A stretch of DNA of 64,000 bases, taken from assembly GCA_964625535.1 (NCBI GenBank), contig CAZVEX010000005.1:3477-67476 (forward strand), read 5' to 3'. This document shows, one piece after another, positions 20,074 through 28,963 of this stretch. This DNA comes from an uncultured Gammaproteobacteria bacterium (GTDB lineage: Bacteria; Patescibacteriota; Microgenomatia; Daviesbacterales; UBA10151). How positions within the stretch are numbered: position 1 is the stretch's first letter; the number at the start of each line of letters is the position of its first letter. A model generated the notes under the pieces. The model was not told the DNA's origin and did not search any database. It was given only the letters and a program-made list of their open reading frames with translations. The translations under genes and the position numbers were made by a program.

Positions 20074-21222
20074 TTATATACCAGCTCCGTTGGCGAAACA
20101 ATATTCTCTTGGCGCATCTTTTAAATTTTGGGCAAGTGCTTCAATTTGAGGCAGGCCTTTCAAAAATTCAATATTCCCCATACTATCTATATGAGATTTA
20201 AGATGAGCACAAAAATAACTCTGATATCTTACCCATACCTGCTGCTGGGTTAATCCGAACCTCTCGTGAAAAAGTCTTTCCAAATCAGCATATTTTTTAA
20301 CTTGATCCTGCTCTTGTTGATCCTTTATTCCACAACTTTGGGCAAAAGATAAAAGTACCTTCCTGTAAGCTTCAACCATGACTTTATACCACTCATCTAT
20401 AGAGGCTCCTGTCCTTGATCCATCAGCACTCAAATAACGCATGGTACTTTTTAAGTCCGGACGCCTTCTCCAAAAAAGATACATACAATCTTCTGAGGTT
20501 CGACCATTAGCTTCATAAAAAGGGTGGATTAAAATAAATGCCCATTGAAAAGCAGTAAGATAGTGGTAAACGCTGTCCCTTCGAACCTGCGGGTTGATCC
20601 CGTCTGGCGGAAAAAGCCCATCCATTTTATCCCCCAGCCTTCTTAATAAACCCGGGGTATTTTCATAACTTGCCCCTGGCAGCAAGTAATCGTAATTGTA
20701 GATTTCCGTCGGTAAAAAAAGGGGGGAACGAATAATTCCGGCAATGTCTTTTGATTTGGGATCTTCCACATAAACCTTGGCTTGTGAAGGATCAAGAACA
20801 TAATGCTCTCTGCCTTTAGTATGAGCTCTGTGTATTAAAAGAATTTGACTAACAGTATCTATACCAAACCTTTGGCAAAGGGGGAGAAGATTCCCTCTAA
20901 TACGATCTGTGGCTAAAACTCTCTGTCTTTTTGCTTCAAGAGCTAACCCCGGAGGGTGGGTAACTGTCCAAGACAGACGATCTATAAGCTTGTCACTTGT
21001 CCGCAAACCTTCAAGCATCAGCGGTACCCACAAACCTTCTTCGTCTTGACTATCACTAGCCCAAGCTAAACGATTGGAAAATACATCTAGTCCTTCCACC
21101 ACACAATCCTTCACATACTGCAGGCGGGCCTTGACACCTTGCATTATTGATCCTAGCCCGTTCCCAAAATCAATTTCATGCGACATGTCAGAGTGTTTTT
21201 CTTCGCCCTTCTGGGGGGACAT
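20074..21222 (-). CDS. Fic-domain protein with non-canonical active-site motif
   Basis: 382 aa. 'HPFYEANGRTSE' versus the canonical Fic motif HPFx[DE]GNGRxxR (Gly to Ala, final Arg to Glu). Located between rpmH and dnaA. Confidence 0.7.
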   Translation of the reverse strand: MSPQKGEEKHSDMSHEIDFGNGLGSIMQGVKARLQYVKDCVVEGLDVFSNRLAWASDSQDEEGLWVPLMLEGLRTSDKLIDRLSWTVTHPPGLALEAKRQRVLATDRIRGNLLPLCQRFGIDTVSQILLIHRAHTKGREHYVLDPSQAKVYVEDPKSKDIAGIIRSPLFLPTEIYNYDYLLPGASYENTPGLLRRLGDKMDGLFPPDGINPQVRRDSVYHYLTAFQWAFILIHPFYEANGRTSEDCMYLFWRRRPDLKSTMRYLSADGSRTGASIDEWYKVMVEAYRKVLLSFAQSCGIKDQQEQDQVKKYADLERLFHERFGLTQQQVWVRYQSYFCAHLKSHIDSMGNIEFLKGLPQIEALAQNLKDAPREYCFANGAGI

Positions 21223-21487
21223 TAAAAAGCGAAACCCCCTTAATTAATACTGCTACGGAGGCTAAAAGGAGTGTAGGACTACCAATTGCATCAGCAACAC
21301 GGAAAAGCGCATACGAGGCCAGCATATAAAACGGCCAAGTGAATCTTTCTGTAGATAATGGCTCTTCTGCCAGATCTCTGCCTACAAATTCTCCGTCAGA
21401 GGTAAACACCAGTGTTGATAGTTGACGATCTAAAGACGCTTTTCCAGGAAGGCTGCTTAGAATATGCCTTTCTGCTTCATGAATCAT
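21188..21487 (-). CDS. Small hypothetical protein overlapping the Fic gene start (possible partner)
   Basis: 99-aa ORF, 35-nt overlap with the Fic start. No canonical (S/T)xxxE(G/N) antitoxin motif found. Confidence 0.3.
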   Translation of the reverse strand: MIHEAERHILSSLPGKASLDRQLSTLVFTSDGEFVGRDLAEEPLSTERFTWPFYMLASYALFRVADAIGSPTLLLASVAVLIKGVSLFNVPPEGRRKTL

Positions 21488-21540
21488 GCAGGCATTTTAT
21501 CAGAGAGAGACAGTTAAATCAAAAATCTTGATCTATTTAT

Positions 21541-21603
21541 TTATAGTTTCTCTATATTGCCAAGACAAAAAGCGTGGATTAGATTGTGGATAAGTTTTCC
21601 ACA
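21541..21603. promoter_or_regulatory. dnaA upstream region with DnaA boxes
   Basis: 'tgtggataa' (21585-21593) is a perfect reverse-complement TTATCCACA; 'ttttccaca' lies next to it; AT-rich. Confidence 0.6.
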
Positions 21604-22920
21604 ATGGATAATCTGAAAATCTGGCACAAATTCTTAGAAACTATTAAGCCGCAGGTAAGTCCTGTCAACTTTAAAGGATGGTTTTCCCAAATAAAACTGG
21701 ATTCCATTAAAGACGATAAGATCACTTTTTCCGCGCCTCACGCTTTTATTAAAGAAACTTTAACGCAAAGGCATCTACCTCTTATGGAAAAAGCCGTTGA
21801 AGACGTGATGGGTAAAAAAATGCAAGTTGAGATCACAGTCAAAAAACAAAGTAACACCCGACCTGATGAGGAAGAAGGGTTTTTCCAACCGATTCAACCA
21901 ACAACATCCGCTCTTAATCCCAAATATACCCTGGAAAATTTTGTGGTTGGTTTATCAAATAACCTGGCTTATGCCGCAGCCCAGGCTGTGGTACAAAACC
22001 CCGGAGTCTCTTATAATCCTTTATTTGTCTACGGCGGTACAGGAGTAGGGAAAACTCATTTAATGCTGGGTATTGGTAATGCCCTGTTAAAAACAGCGTC
22101 CCACTTAAAAATAATTTACTGCTCTTCGGAAAAATTCATGAACGATTACGTGGAGGCAATTCAAACTCACCGCATGGGGAATTTAAGAACAAAATACCGC
22201 TCGGCTCATGTTTTATTAATTGACGACATCCAGTTTTTCTCCGGCAGGGAAGGCACGCAGGAAGAATTTTTCCACACTTTTAACGAGCTGCAGGGGAAAA
22301 ACTCGCAGATAGTTTTAACGTCGGACCGCCCGCCCAATGAAATTGCCAAACTGGAGGATCGTTTAAAAAGCCGGTTTGCAGGAGGATTAATGGTGGATAT
22401 TCAATTTCCGGATTTTGATACCAGAGTGGCAATTTTACAAGCCAAGTGTGCGGAGCGCGGGGAGAGCCTGCCTGAAGAATCCTTAAAACTGATTGCCTCT
22501 TCCATGGAATCAAATATCAGAGAGCTGGAGGGAAAACTAATCCAGCTTCTGCAGGCTCTTAAAACCCATAATCTTCCTCCAACTGCGGAAAATATTGCTC
22601 CTTATCTTTCCCAACAGGTTAAAAATAATCTTAAAATTGACCACAAAAAAATACTGGACAGCATCTGCGCTTTTTTTAATTTAAGCCTGAAAGATCTGGC
22701 GGGCCCTAAAAGACAAAAAGAGCTGGTTTTACCAAGACATCTCGCCATGTATATCCTCTGCGAAGAATTAAACATGACAGTGGAAAAAATAGGGCAGATC
22801 CTGGGCGGGCGGGATCACACCACAGTAATGCACGGCCGAGACAGAATTAAGCAGCTGGTTAACTCCGATAGAGAAGTACAAAGACTGCTGATAGAAGTCC
22901 GGCAAAAAGCAATTAGTTAA
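21586..22920 (+). CDS. dnaA: Chromosomal replication initiator DnaA
   Basis: Walker A 'GGTGVGKTHL', AAA+ boxes, C-terminal DNA-binding domain. The track start is GTG at 21586; ATG at 21604 ('MDNLK') is more likely. Confidence 0.95.
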   Translation: MDKFSTMDNLKIWHKFLETIKPQVSPVNFKGWFSQIKLDSIKDDKITFSAPHAFIKETLTQRHLPLMEKAVEDVMGKKMQVEITVKKQSNTRPDEEEGFFQPIQPTTSALNPKYTLENFVVGLSNNLAYAAAQAVVQNPGVSYNPLFVYGGTGVGKTHLMLGIGNALLKTASHLKIIYCSSEKFMNDYVEAIQTHRMGNLRTKYRSAHVLLIDDIQFFSGREGTQEEFFHTFNELQGKNSQIVLTSDRPPNEIAKLEDRLKSRFAGGLMVDIQFPDFDTRVAILQAKCAERGESLPEESLKLIASSMESNIRELEGKLIQLLQALKTHNLPPTAENIAPYLSQQVKNNLKIDHKKILDSICAFFNLSLKDLAGPKRQKELVLPRHLAMYILCEELNMTVEKIGQILGGRDHTTVMHGRDRIKQLVNSDREVQRLLIEVRQKAIS

Positions 22921-23100
22921 GTTATCCACCAACGCTGGGTCTTTTCCACAAGTTATCCACAAATTATAAACAGCTAATTAACATAAAAAGTTTTAAGTTT
23001 TAAGTTTTAAGTTTTAAGTTATCCACATATCCACCATACATATAAATATGACTATTATTATTAAAAAGATAGTGTATAATTCTAAAACAAAAGTGGAAAA
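22921..23100. promoter_or_regulatory. Putative oriC: DnaA-box cluster plus AT-rich unwinding element
   Basis: Perfect TTATCCACA at 22953-22961 and 23019-23027, near-perfect boxes at 22922-22930, 22942-22950 and 23028-23036, (ttttaag)x4 at 22990-23018, then an AT-rich tract. Confidence 0.65.
22990..23018. repeat. Tandem heptamer (TTTTAAG)x4 within putative oriC
   Basis: Direct reading of the sequence. Confidence 0.9.
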
Positions 23101-23102
23101 GT

Positions 23103-23555
23103 ATGGACATTAACTGGATTTTAGTTTTAATTATCCTGGCAGGACTTGTCATAGTTTATTTAATGGGTAGGTTACACGGAAAACCCAAGGCAGACATACC
23201 TTCTGATTTAATTGATTTATATAAGGGCTTGCAGGATTTACCGGCCAAAGTTTTACAGGTTATTCAGGGGTCGATTAACCCCCAAAAAGGTAAAATGGCC
23301 GAGCTTTTGACTTACGCCGAACTGCGTTATGACTATGACCGGATCATCCCTTTGGGCTGGCCGATTGATTTTATCGGCATTAAAAATAACCAGCAGATAG
23401 ATTTTATAGAGGTTAAATCCGGAGCTTCCCTCTTGACAGAAGAGGAAAAACACATTAAAAACCTAATTGCGGCCGGAAGGGTCCATTTTAGGCTGATTAA
23501 AGTAACGGAAGAAGAGGTGCACAAGTTTGTAACTACCCGGAAAGGTATGGAATGA
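23103..23555 (+). CDS. Membrane-anchored hypothetical protein with PD-(D/E)xK-like nuclease signature
   Basis: 150 aa, N-terminal TM helix. 'IDFIGIK...IDFIEVKSG' resembles a D...E.K restriction-endonuclease-fold core. Sits between dnaA and dnaN. Confidence 0.35.
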   Translation: MDINWILVLIILAGLVIVYLMGRLHGKPKADIPSDLIDLYKGLQDLPAKVLQVIQGSINPQKGKMAELLTYAELRYDYDRIIPLGWPIDFIGIKNNQQIDFIEVKSGASLLTEEEKHIKNLIAAGRVHFRLIKVTEEEVHKFVTTRKGME

Positions 23556-23556
23556 A

Positions 23557-24657
23557 ATGAAATTCCAAATATTGCAACAAGATTTGCTGCCTGCGCTGCA
23601 GGCTGCTACCCGCAGCGTGGGGGTGAGGGCTACTTTGCCGGTTTTGGAAAATATCCTTTTGTCTGTTGAGGGTGGCAAATTAAAAATTGCCGCAACCAAT
23701 TTGGAAATCGGCATTATGAAATTTGTTCGTGTAAAAGAAGCAGCGGCAGGGGAAGTGACAATTCCTGCCAAGTTATTGCTTGAGGTTGTTTCCGGCTTGG
23801 GGCCAAGCGAGGTGGAGATGGAGTCAAGTAATGAAATTTTAGTAGTAGCAAGCGGCAAGTTCAAAGCCACCTTAAATGGGATCGCCGCCGGGGAGTTCCC
23901 GGCCATACCCTTAACAGACGGCAAAGGCATAACTTTTTCCAAAGAAGTATTGTTGGGCTGCGGACAAATCCTTTTTGCTGCGGCAGTGGACGAGGGCCGG
24001 CCGGTTTTAACAGGAGTTTTGACAGACGTCGGGGAGGAGAAAATAGATTTTGTGGCCACAGATGGTTTCCGGTTAGCTCACAGGCAGGTTGGTTTGCCTA
24101 AAGGAACCAAGCCGTTTAAGAGTCTGATCCCCAAAAGAACATTTGAAGAATTGCTGCGCGTTATTGGCGAGGATGAAGCAGAATCAGTCAACATTTCTCC
24201 CTCGCAGAACCAAAACCAGATAGTTTTTTCCGTTGGTAAAACAGTAGTTTCCTCGAGGTTGATAGAGGGTTCTTTCCCCGCCTGGGAGAAAATTATTCCC
24301 AGCCAAACCGTTGGCCGGGCGCTGGTGGACAAAGACGAGTTCTCAAGGGCGCTGAAGCTGGCGGCGGTGTTTGGCAAAAACGAGGCCAATATTGTGGTTT
24401 TAACCTCCCAGGAGAATAAACTAACTTTGGCCTCGTCGGTCAAGGAAGTGGGCAGTCAGGAAAACGAGGTGGAGGCTCAAGTTGAAGGAGATAGTTTGCA
24501 AGTTGCTTTTAACACCAGGTTTTTACAAGATGTTGTTTCCGCTTCTCCTTCCAGTCAGCTGATGATTGAATTTTCCGGGGCCCTGCAACCGGCTTTAATC
24601 AAACCAGTGGGAGAAGAAGGCTTGGAATACATTGTTATGCCTGTTCGTCTGTCTTAA
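23557..24657 (+). CDS. dnaN: DNA polymerase III beta sliding clamp
   Basis: 366 aa, 'MKFQILQQDLLPALQ...' typical DnaN. Follows dnaA. Confidence 0.9.
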   Translation: MKFQILQQDLLPALQAATRSVGVRATLPVLENILLSVEGGKLKIAATNLEIGIMKFVRVKEAAAGEVTIPAKLLLEVVSGLGPSEVEMESSNEILVVASGKFKATLNGIAAGEFPAIPLTDGKGITFSKEVLLGCGQILFAAAVDEGRPVLTGVLTDVGEEKIDFVATDGFRLAHRQVGLPKGTKPFKSLIPKRTFEELLRVIGEDEAESVNISPSQNQNQIVFSVGKTVVSSRLIEGSFPAWEKIIPSQTVGRALVDKDEFSRALKLAAVFGKNEANIVVLTSQENKLTLASSVKEVGSQENEVEAQVEGDSLQVAFNTRFLQDVVSASPSSQLMIEFSGALQPALIKPVGEEGLEYIVMPVRLS

Positions 24658-25088
24658 AATCCCCGGTATTTGATGGTGCGGAAATGAAAAACTTCTTCTC
24701 TAACAAGTCTTGCCCCGCCTTCAAACTTGCTGTCCGCCATGATAAACAGGGTATAGGTAGTGCCCAGTTCGTAGGGGCTAACAGGTATGATTTTGGCGGT
24801 TTTACGGTCACCCGAAAGCTCCACTCTATAATCTGTTTTTGGTTCTATTCTTATTTTAAATTCAGGTACATTTTCCAGCGGTCTGGAAAATGTCAGCTCA
24901 ATTGTCTCGGTTGAGGAAACAATGGTTTCGTCCAGAGGATCAGGTTTGGTGGAAACTATTCTGGGAATTTCCGGCAAGGAAGAAGGAGCTGGTTTTGTTC
25001 TGTTTGATCCTTGCCTTGATCCCAATAGGACCACAACAATTATAAGTATTATAATCGTTATAAATATTATATTTTTTTTCATTGGCAA
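24654..25088 (-). CDS. Hypothetical membrane-anchored protein (last gene of the T4SS-like operon)
   Basis: 144 aa, N-terminal TM helix, beta-rich C-terminal domain. 10-nt overlap with the upstream hydrolase gene. Confidence 0.4.
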   Translation of the reverse strand: MPMKKNIIFITIIILIIVVVLLGSRQGSNRTKPAPSSLPEIPRIVSTKPDPLDETIVSSTETIELTFSRPLENVPEFKIRIEPKTDYRVELSGDRKTAKIIPVSPYELGTTYTLFIMADSKFEGGARLVREEVFHFRTIKYRGF

Positions 25089-27169
25089 AGGTTAAAATAG
25101 GTATCTGCCGGTTTGAATTCTCCATTTTCTTGGATGGTAATATGGACATGAGCCCCATAAGGGTTACTCTGGTAATATTTGCCGATTAGCTTATTTGATT
25201 GAGCTTGTGAACCCAATATTAAATCTGGCGGGATAGATTCAAGGTGAACAAACCGGATGCGATAATGTTTTCCCTCGGCAATAGTGGTAGCCACAAAATC
25301 TTCTCCACCGCCTTCGGCGTCAGATATTGTCTTGGAAGCTTCAGTCACATTCCAGGTGACCTCTTTCCCGTTGATGACGGGAAGATAGACAGAAGGAAAT
25401 GTGCCGACAATATCCACAGCCTTATCTCTGCCTGTATAGCCGGCTTCCCCCACGGTGCAGCCCTGGCTGCCATATTGTTGCACATAAGAAGGACTGCAAT
25501 GTCCTCCGGTTTCTTTTGATCCGTTGGTTATTCTACCGGCTGCTACAGGGCAGCCAATGATGTTTGTACCGGGGGCGGATGAGGCCTGACAGTTTTGCAG
25601 ATCTTGCCAGGTCTCTTCACAATAACTAAAGTTTCCATAAGCACAACTGTTATAATACCTGTTAATAGCCGTGGTAACTTGATCCTTGGTAGGTTGGGTG
25701 GTGATACCATTAGATTTTAATTTTTCAGCAGCAATCGATAAGCTTTCCGTCAGACTGCATAAATTTTTTCCAGGATTATAGACATCAATTATTTGCATTA
25801 GACCAACAGCTTTGGCAGTTCTGGCACCCTGGGCTATTTCTTCGCCGGTGCATGCTCCATCATGAGAGAACTGGCCGGATTTTTCGCAGAAAGTAGAACC
25901 TTCCTGACAATAGTTATTAGATTTAATGGCATCATGGTTATCATCTGCATTAGCCACCAAATTAGCACTTTCATGCATGGCTACACTGGCCAAAATAGCA
26001 GCCGGCACACCTGATTGGGCAGCAGCATTATTGACCCAACTCATTAGGCTGGAGCTTTTAATCGGTAAAGAATTACCGGATCTGGTAAATTTACAGTTGC
26101 TAAGATCTGCGACGGGTGTGGTAGATCCTCCTCCGGGTGAAGGGGTGGTAGTTTGGCTAGGGGGGGAGGTGATTGCCAAAAAGGCCAAAATCAGTAATAC
26201 CAGCAGGCCAAAAATTAAAAACTTTTTGCCCGGGCCGGGTATGGAAAGGCGCGAAGCTGAATTGGACAATCTGGCCCCGGCATTAATGGCTCCACTGCCC
26301 ACCCCCCCAAAAAACCTAGTCGCTCCGCCGCTTCTGATCCATGAGGGCAGCAGCGCTCCCAAGCCCCCTCCCCCTAATGCTCCCAAGGGCCCAAAACTCG
26401 CTCCGGCAATGCCGCCAATTCCCCCTGATGCCAATGTCCCAATTCTCATGGCAGTTAAATTTCTCTTGATAAAAACACCGGTTCTGGAAGCCAGATTTTT
26501 GCCGAATGATTTGATACCGGTAGGGAAATTAAACCGGGAAGCTCGCGGTATGGCATGTTCTCTGACCCCGCCTTTTTCGGCCACCCATATTTTTGATGGA
26601 GGTTTTTCTACAATTTTTCCGCTGCCGGTTGCCCTGACTAGTTTTGACGCATCCCCGGCTTCTCTGATTGCTCCTGTACTGGTGGCAGTGACCAAGTCTG
26701 ATTTGGCGCGTTCTACAATATGAATAACACGGGGGCGGCGGTAAGAAGAAATGGAAGGACCTGATGGCAAACCTATTCCAGGAAACCCTCCTGCTGCCCC
26801 TGCAGGTTGTTCTGACGGGCCGGCGGGCGGCGGCACTTCCTCTGCACCTGCTGGTTGTTCACCAACTACCTCAACCGGCTTTTCCTCCAATACTTTTGTT
26901 ATTTCGGTTTGTTGTTGAAGAGTTAAGTTTCCCAGCAGGCGTTTTATTTTATTGGGGTCTGACAGATACTTGGTGATGAACTCATCATCTTTTCCCTGAA
27001 GATCAGGGAACTGACGAAGCAAATCAAGACAATGGGTTTTATCAATAGGTATTCGTTCGCCATTCATCACCACAAAGGAAGGAATTTGTTTTAGATTGAA
27101 GCGGTTCTCCTGCAACGCTTTAAAAAATGCTTTAAGCTGTATAAAATCAACAGGCTTTAAATAATCCAT
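25079..27169 (-). CDS. VirB1-like bifunctional peptidoglycan hydrolase (lytic transglycosylase SLT domain + M23/LytM peptidase domain) with Gly/Pro-rich N-terminal region and a TM helix
   Basis: 696 aa. SLT-like 'ILASVAMHESANL' (catalytic Glu-Ser). C-terminal 'YGAHVHI' HxH motif of the M23 family. TM 'FLIFGLLVLLILAFLAI'. Gly-rich low-complexity linker. Confidence 0.65.
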   Translation of the reverse strand: MDYLKPVDFIQLKAFFKALQENRFNLKQIPSFVVMNGERIPIDKTHCLDLLRQFPDLQGKDDEFITKYLSDPNKIKRLLGNLTLQQQTEITKVLEEKPVEVVGEQPAGAEEVPPPAGPSEQPAGAAGGFPGIGLPSGPSISSYRRPRVIHIVERAKSDLVTATSTGAIREAGDASKLVRATGSGKIVEKPPSKIWVAEKGGVREHAIPRASRFNFPTGIKSFGKNLASRTGVFIKRNLTAMRIGTLASGGIGGIAGASFGPLGALGGGGLGALLPSWIRSGGATRFFGGVGSGAINAGARLSNSASRLSIPGPGKKFLIFGLLVLLILAFLAITSPPSQTTTPSPGGGSTTPVADLSNCKFTRSGNSLPIKSSSLMSWVNNAAAQSGVPAAILASVAMHESANLVANADDNHDAIKSNNYCQEGSTFCEKSGQFSHDGACTGEEIAQGARTAKAVGLMQIIDVYNPGKNLCSLTESLSIAAEKLKSNGITTQPTKDQVTTAINRYYNSCAYGNFSYCEETWQDLQNCQASSAPGTNIIGCPVAAGRITNGSKETGGHCSPSYVQQYGSQGCTVGEAGYTGRDKAVDIVGTFPSVYLPVINGKEVTWNVTEASKTISDAEGGGEDFVATTIAEGKHYRIRFVHLESIPPDLILGSQAQSNKLIGKYYQSNPYGAHVHITIQENGEFKPADTYFNLCQ

Positions 27170-27184
27170 AAGATAAAAGTATCA

Positions 27185-28963
27185 CTAAACGTTCCCTCTT
27201 GCCAGTATTTCTTGCGGATTAGAGGTAATGAGCTGATGTTCCTCCGGGGAGGCCACCACCCGCATGGCTACATGGGTGTTGCCAGCAAAAAACAAGCCTT
27301 GACCGATCCCTTCAGACAGCAACAATCTTTGTTCCCCCTCGGACAAATTAAAAACTTGGGCCAGAAGGTCAATGGAAACAGGAGCCTGTTTTAAAAGTAC
27401 CTGAATTGACGAGTTGGAAATTATTTCCTTACCCCGATCTCCACCCAGAAAATCTTCCACATCTTGAGTTATGGTGGTTAAACCCAGATAATATTTTCTG
27501 GCCCGCTTGGCCATGTCCACCAGAAAATTGGCAGAGTCTTCATTTCTCATTAAATACCAGGCTTCATCCACGATCATGATTCTTTTCTTGAGCTTGCTCC
27601 TTACCTTAGTCCAGACATAATCCAGGATCATATGCATGGCTAAAGGCCGCAGCTGATCGGCCAGGTCCCTGACGGAAAAGACCGTGAAGGAGTTAGCAAT
27701 GTCAATGTTGGATTGGGCGGAAAAAATGCCGGCTAAAGAGCCTTTAATAAACCTTTCCAGACGGACCGACAGTTCCATGGCCGCAGGTTCTTCCATGCCA
27801 ACCAGCACTTTATACAAATCTTCCATTAAGGGAGGCCCGCCTGTGCCGGGTTGGGTTTTGGGATCATCGGTAATGCCTTTTAAGGCGTAAGTTTGTTTCA
27901 AAGCCCGATCCAGCAGGGCAGCCTCTCCCGCGGAAAGTTGCCCCAAAACCAGTTTTAAAAAGGCAGTCAAAGATAAAATTTTCCTGCCCAGCTGGTTTTC
28001 GCCGGTAGTGTCTTGGGACAAGTCAAAGGGGTTGATTTTAACCGGAGAAGAAGAGGAAAAATTAATGAATTCTCCTCCCACCGCTTCGCAGAGAGGTAAA
28101 TATTCCTGTTCCGGGTCAATCACAATGATTTCCGTGCCAAACATCAAAGATCGCAAAGCTTCTAATTTTACAAAATAACTTTTTCCCGCGCCGGCTTTGG
28201 CAAAAACCACCGAATTGGCATTTTCCAGGGAGAAACGGTCAAACAGAATTAAAGAGTCATTGTGCTCATTGATGCCGTACATCACTCCCTCATTGGCAGT
28301 TAGTTCGGAGGAAGCAAAGGGAAAAGTGGTGGCCAGGGAAGTGGTGTCCATATTGTGAGTAAAATTTAAAAGGTCTGCGCCCTGGGGCAAGGTTGATTTA
28401 AAGCCGTCTTCCATTTGCAAAGTGGTGGGTTGGGTGGTAATGGAGAGCGAAGCCAGAGTGGATTCTATTAGTCTGGAGGTGTTATGCAGTTCGTCAAGAG
28501 AGGAGGCAGGTATTGTCACATACAAGGCAAAATCAAAAAACCTCTCCGCGCCCCTGACCAGCTGATCCTGCAGAGAGCGGGCATCTTCCAAAGCCACCTC
28601 CACTGCCGGGTCAATGGCTTTACCTCGCTCAAGATCGGTTTGAATGGTGGCTTCCATTTCGGCAATTTTTCTTTTCAACTCATCCAGCACTCCGGATGAA
28701 GGCGAGGGATAGATGAACATGGAAATAAGCAGGGAATGGTCAAAAGAAATTAGCGGTTCCAGCCAATTGGATTCCACAAACCTGGGATAATTTGAGACAA
28801 AATATGTGCGAAAATAGCGGTTATTGATTCTTAAATTATTAAAGTCAACCTCTATTTCAGCCGGAGACACCACATCCTCCAGAGTTAACTGGGGAGGAAT
28901 TTTTTCTTCCTGAACTTTTGTATTTTTCAATAAGCTGGGTAACTTCATAATTTTAAATTTCAA
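27185..28963 (-). CDS. virB4: VirB4/TraC-family type IV secretion ATPase, central and C-terminal part
   Basis: 592 aa. Walker A 'AKAGAGKS', Walker B 'IMIVDEAW' (VirB4-type DEAW), middle-region 'RYFRTYFVSNYPRFV' motif. Track start is TTG; ATG at 28948 is plausible. Confidence 0.8.
   Translation of the reverse strand: MKFKIMKLPSLLKNTKVQEEKIPPQLTLEDVVSPAEIEVDFNNLRINNRYFRTYFVSNYPRFVESNWLEPLISFDHSLLISMFIYPSPSSGVLDELKRKIAEMEATIQTDLERGKAIDPAVEVALEDARSLQDQLVRGAERFFDFALYVTIPASSLDELHNTSRLIESTLASLSITTQPTTLQMEDGFKSTLPQGADLLNFTHNMDTTSLATTFPFASSELTANEGVMYGINEHNDSLILFDRFSLENANSVVFAKAGAGKSYFVKLEALRSLMFGTEIIVIDPEQEYLPLCEAVGGEFINFSSSSPVKINPFDLSQDTTGENQLGRKILSLTAFLKLVLGQLSAGEAALLDRALKQTYALKGITDDPKTQPGTGGPPLMEDLYKVLVGMEEPAAMELSVRLERFIKGSLAGIFSAQSNIDIANSFTVFSVRDLADQLRPLAMHMILDYVWTKVRSKLKKRIMIVDEAWYLMRNEDSANFLVDMAKRARKYYLGLTTITQDVEDFLGGDRGKEIISNSSIQVLLKQAPVSIDLLAQVFNLSEGEQRLLLSEGIGQGLFFAGNTHVAMRVVASPEEHQLITSNPQEILARGNV

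Noticed and set aside
25926-26723. 265-aa Pro/Ala-rich plus-strand ORF
   Set aside because: It is the mirror of the Gly-rich low-complexity region of the hydrolase gene (25079-27169) on the opposite strand. It has no start context and is an artefact of compositional bias.
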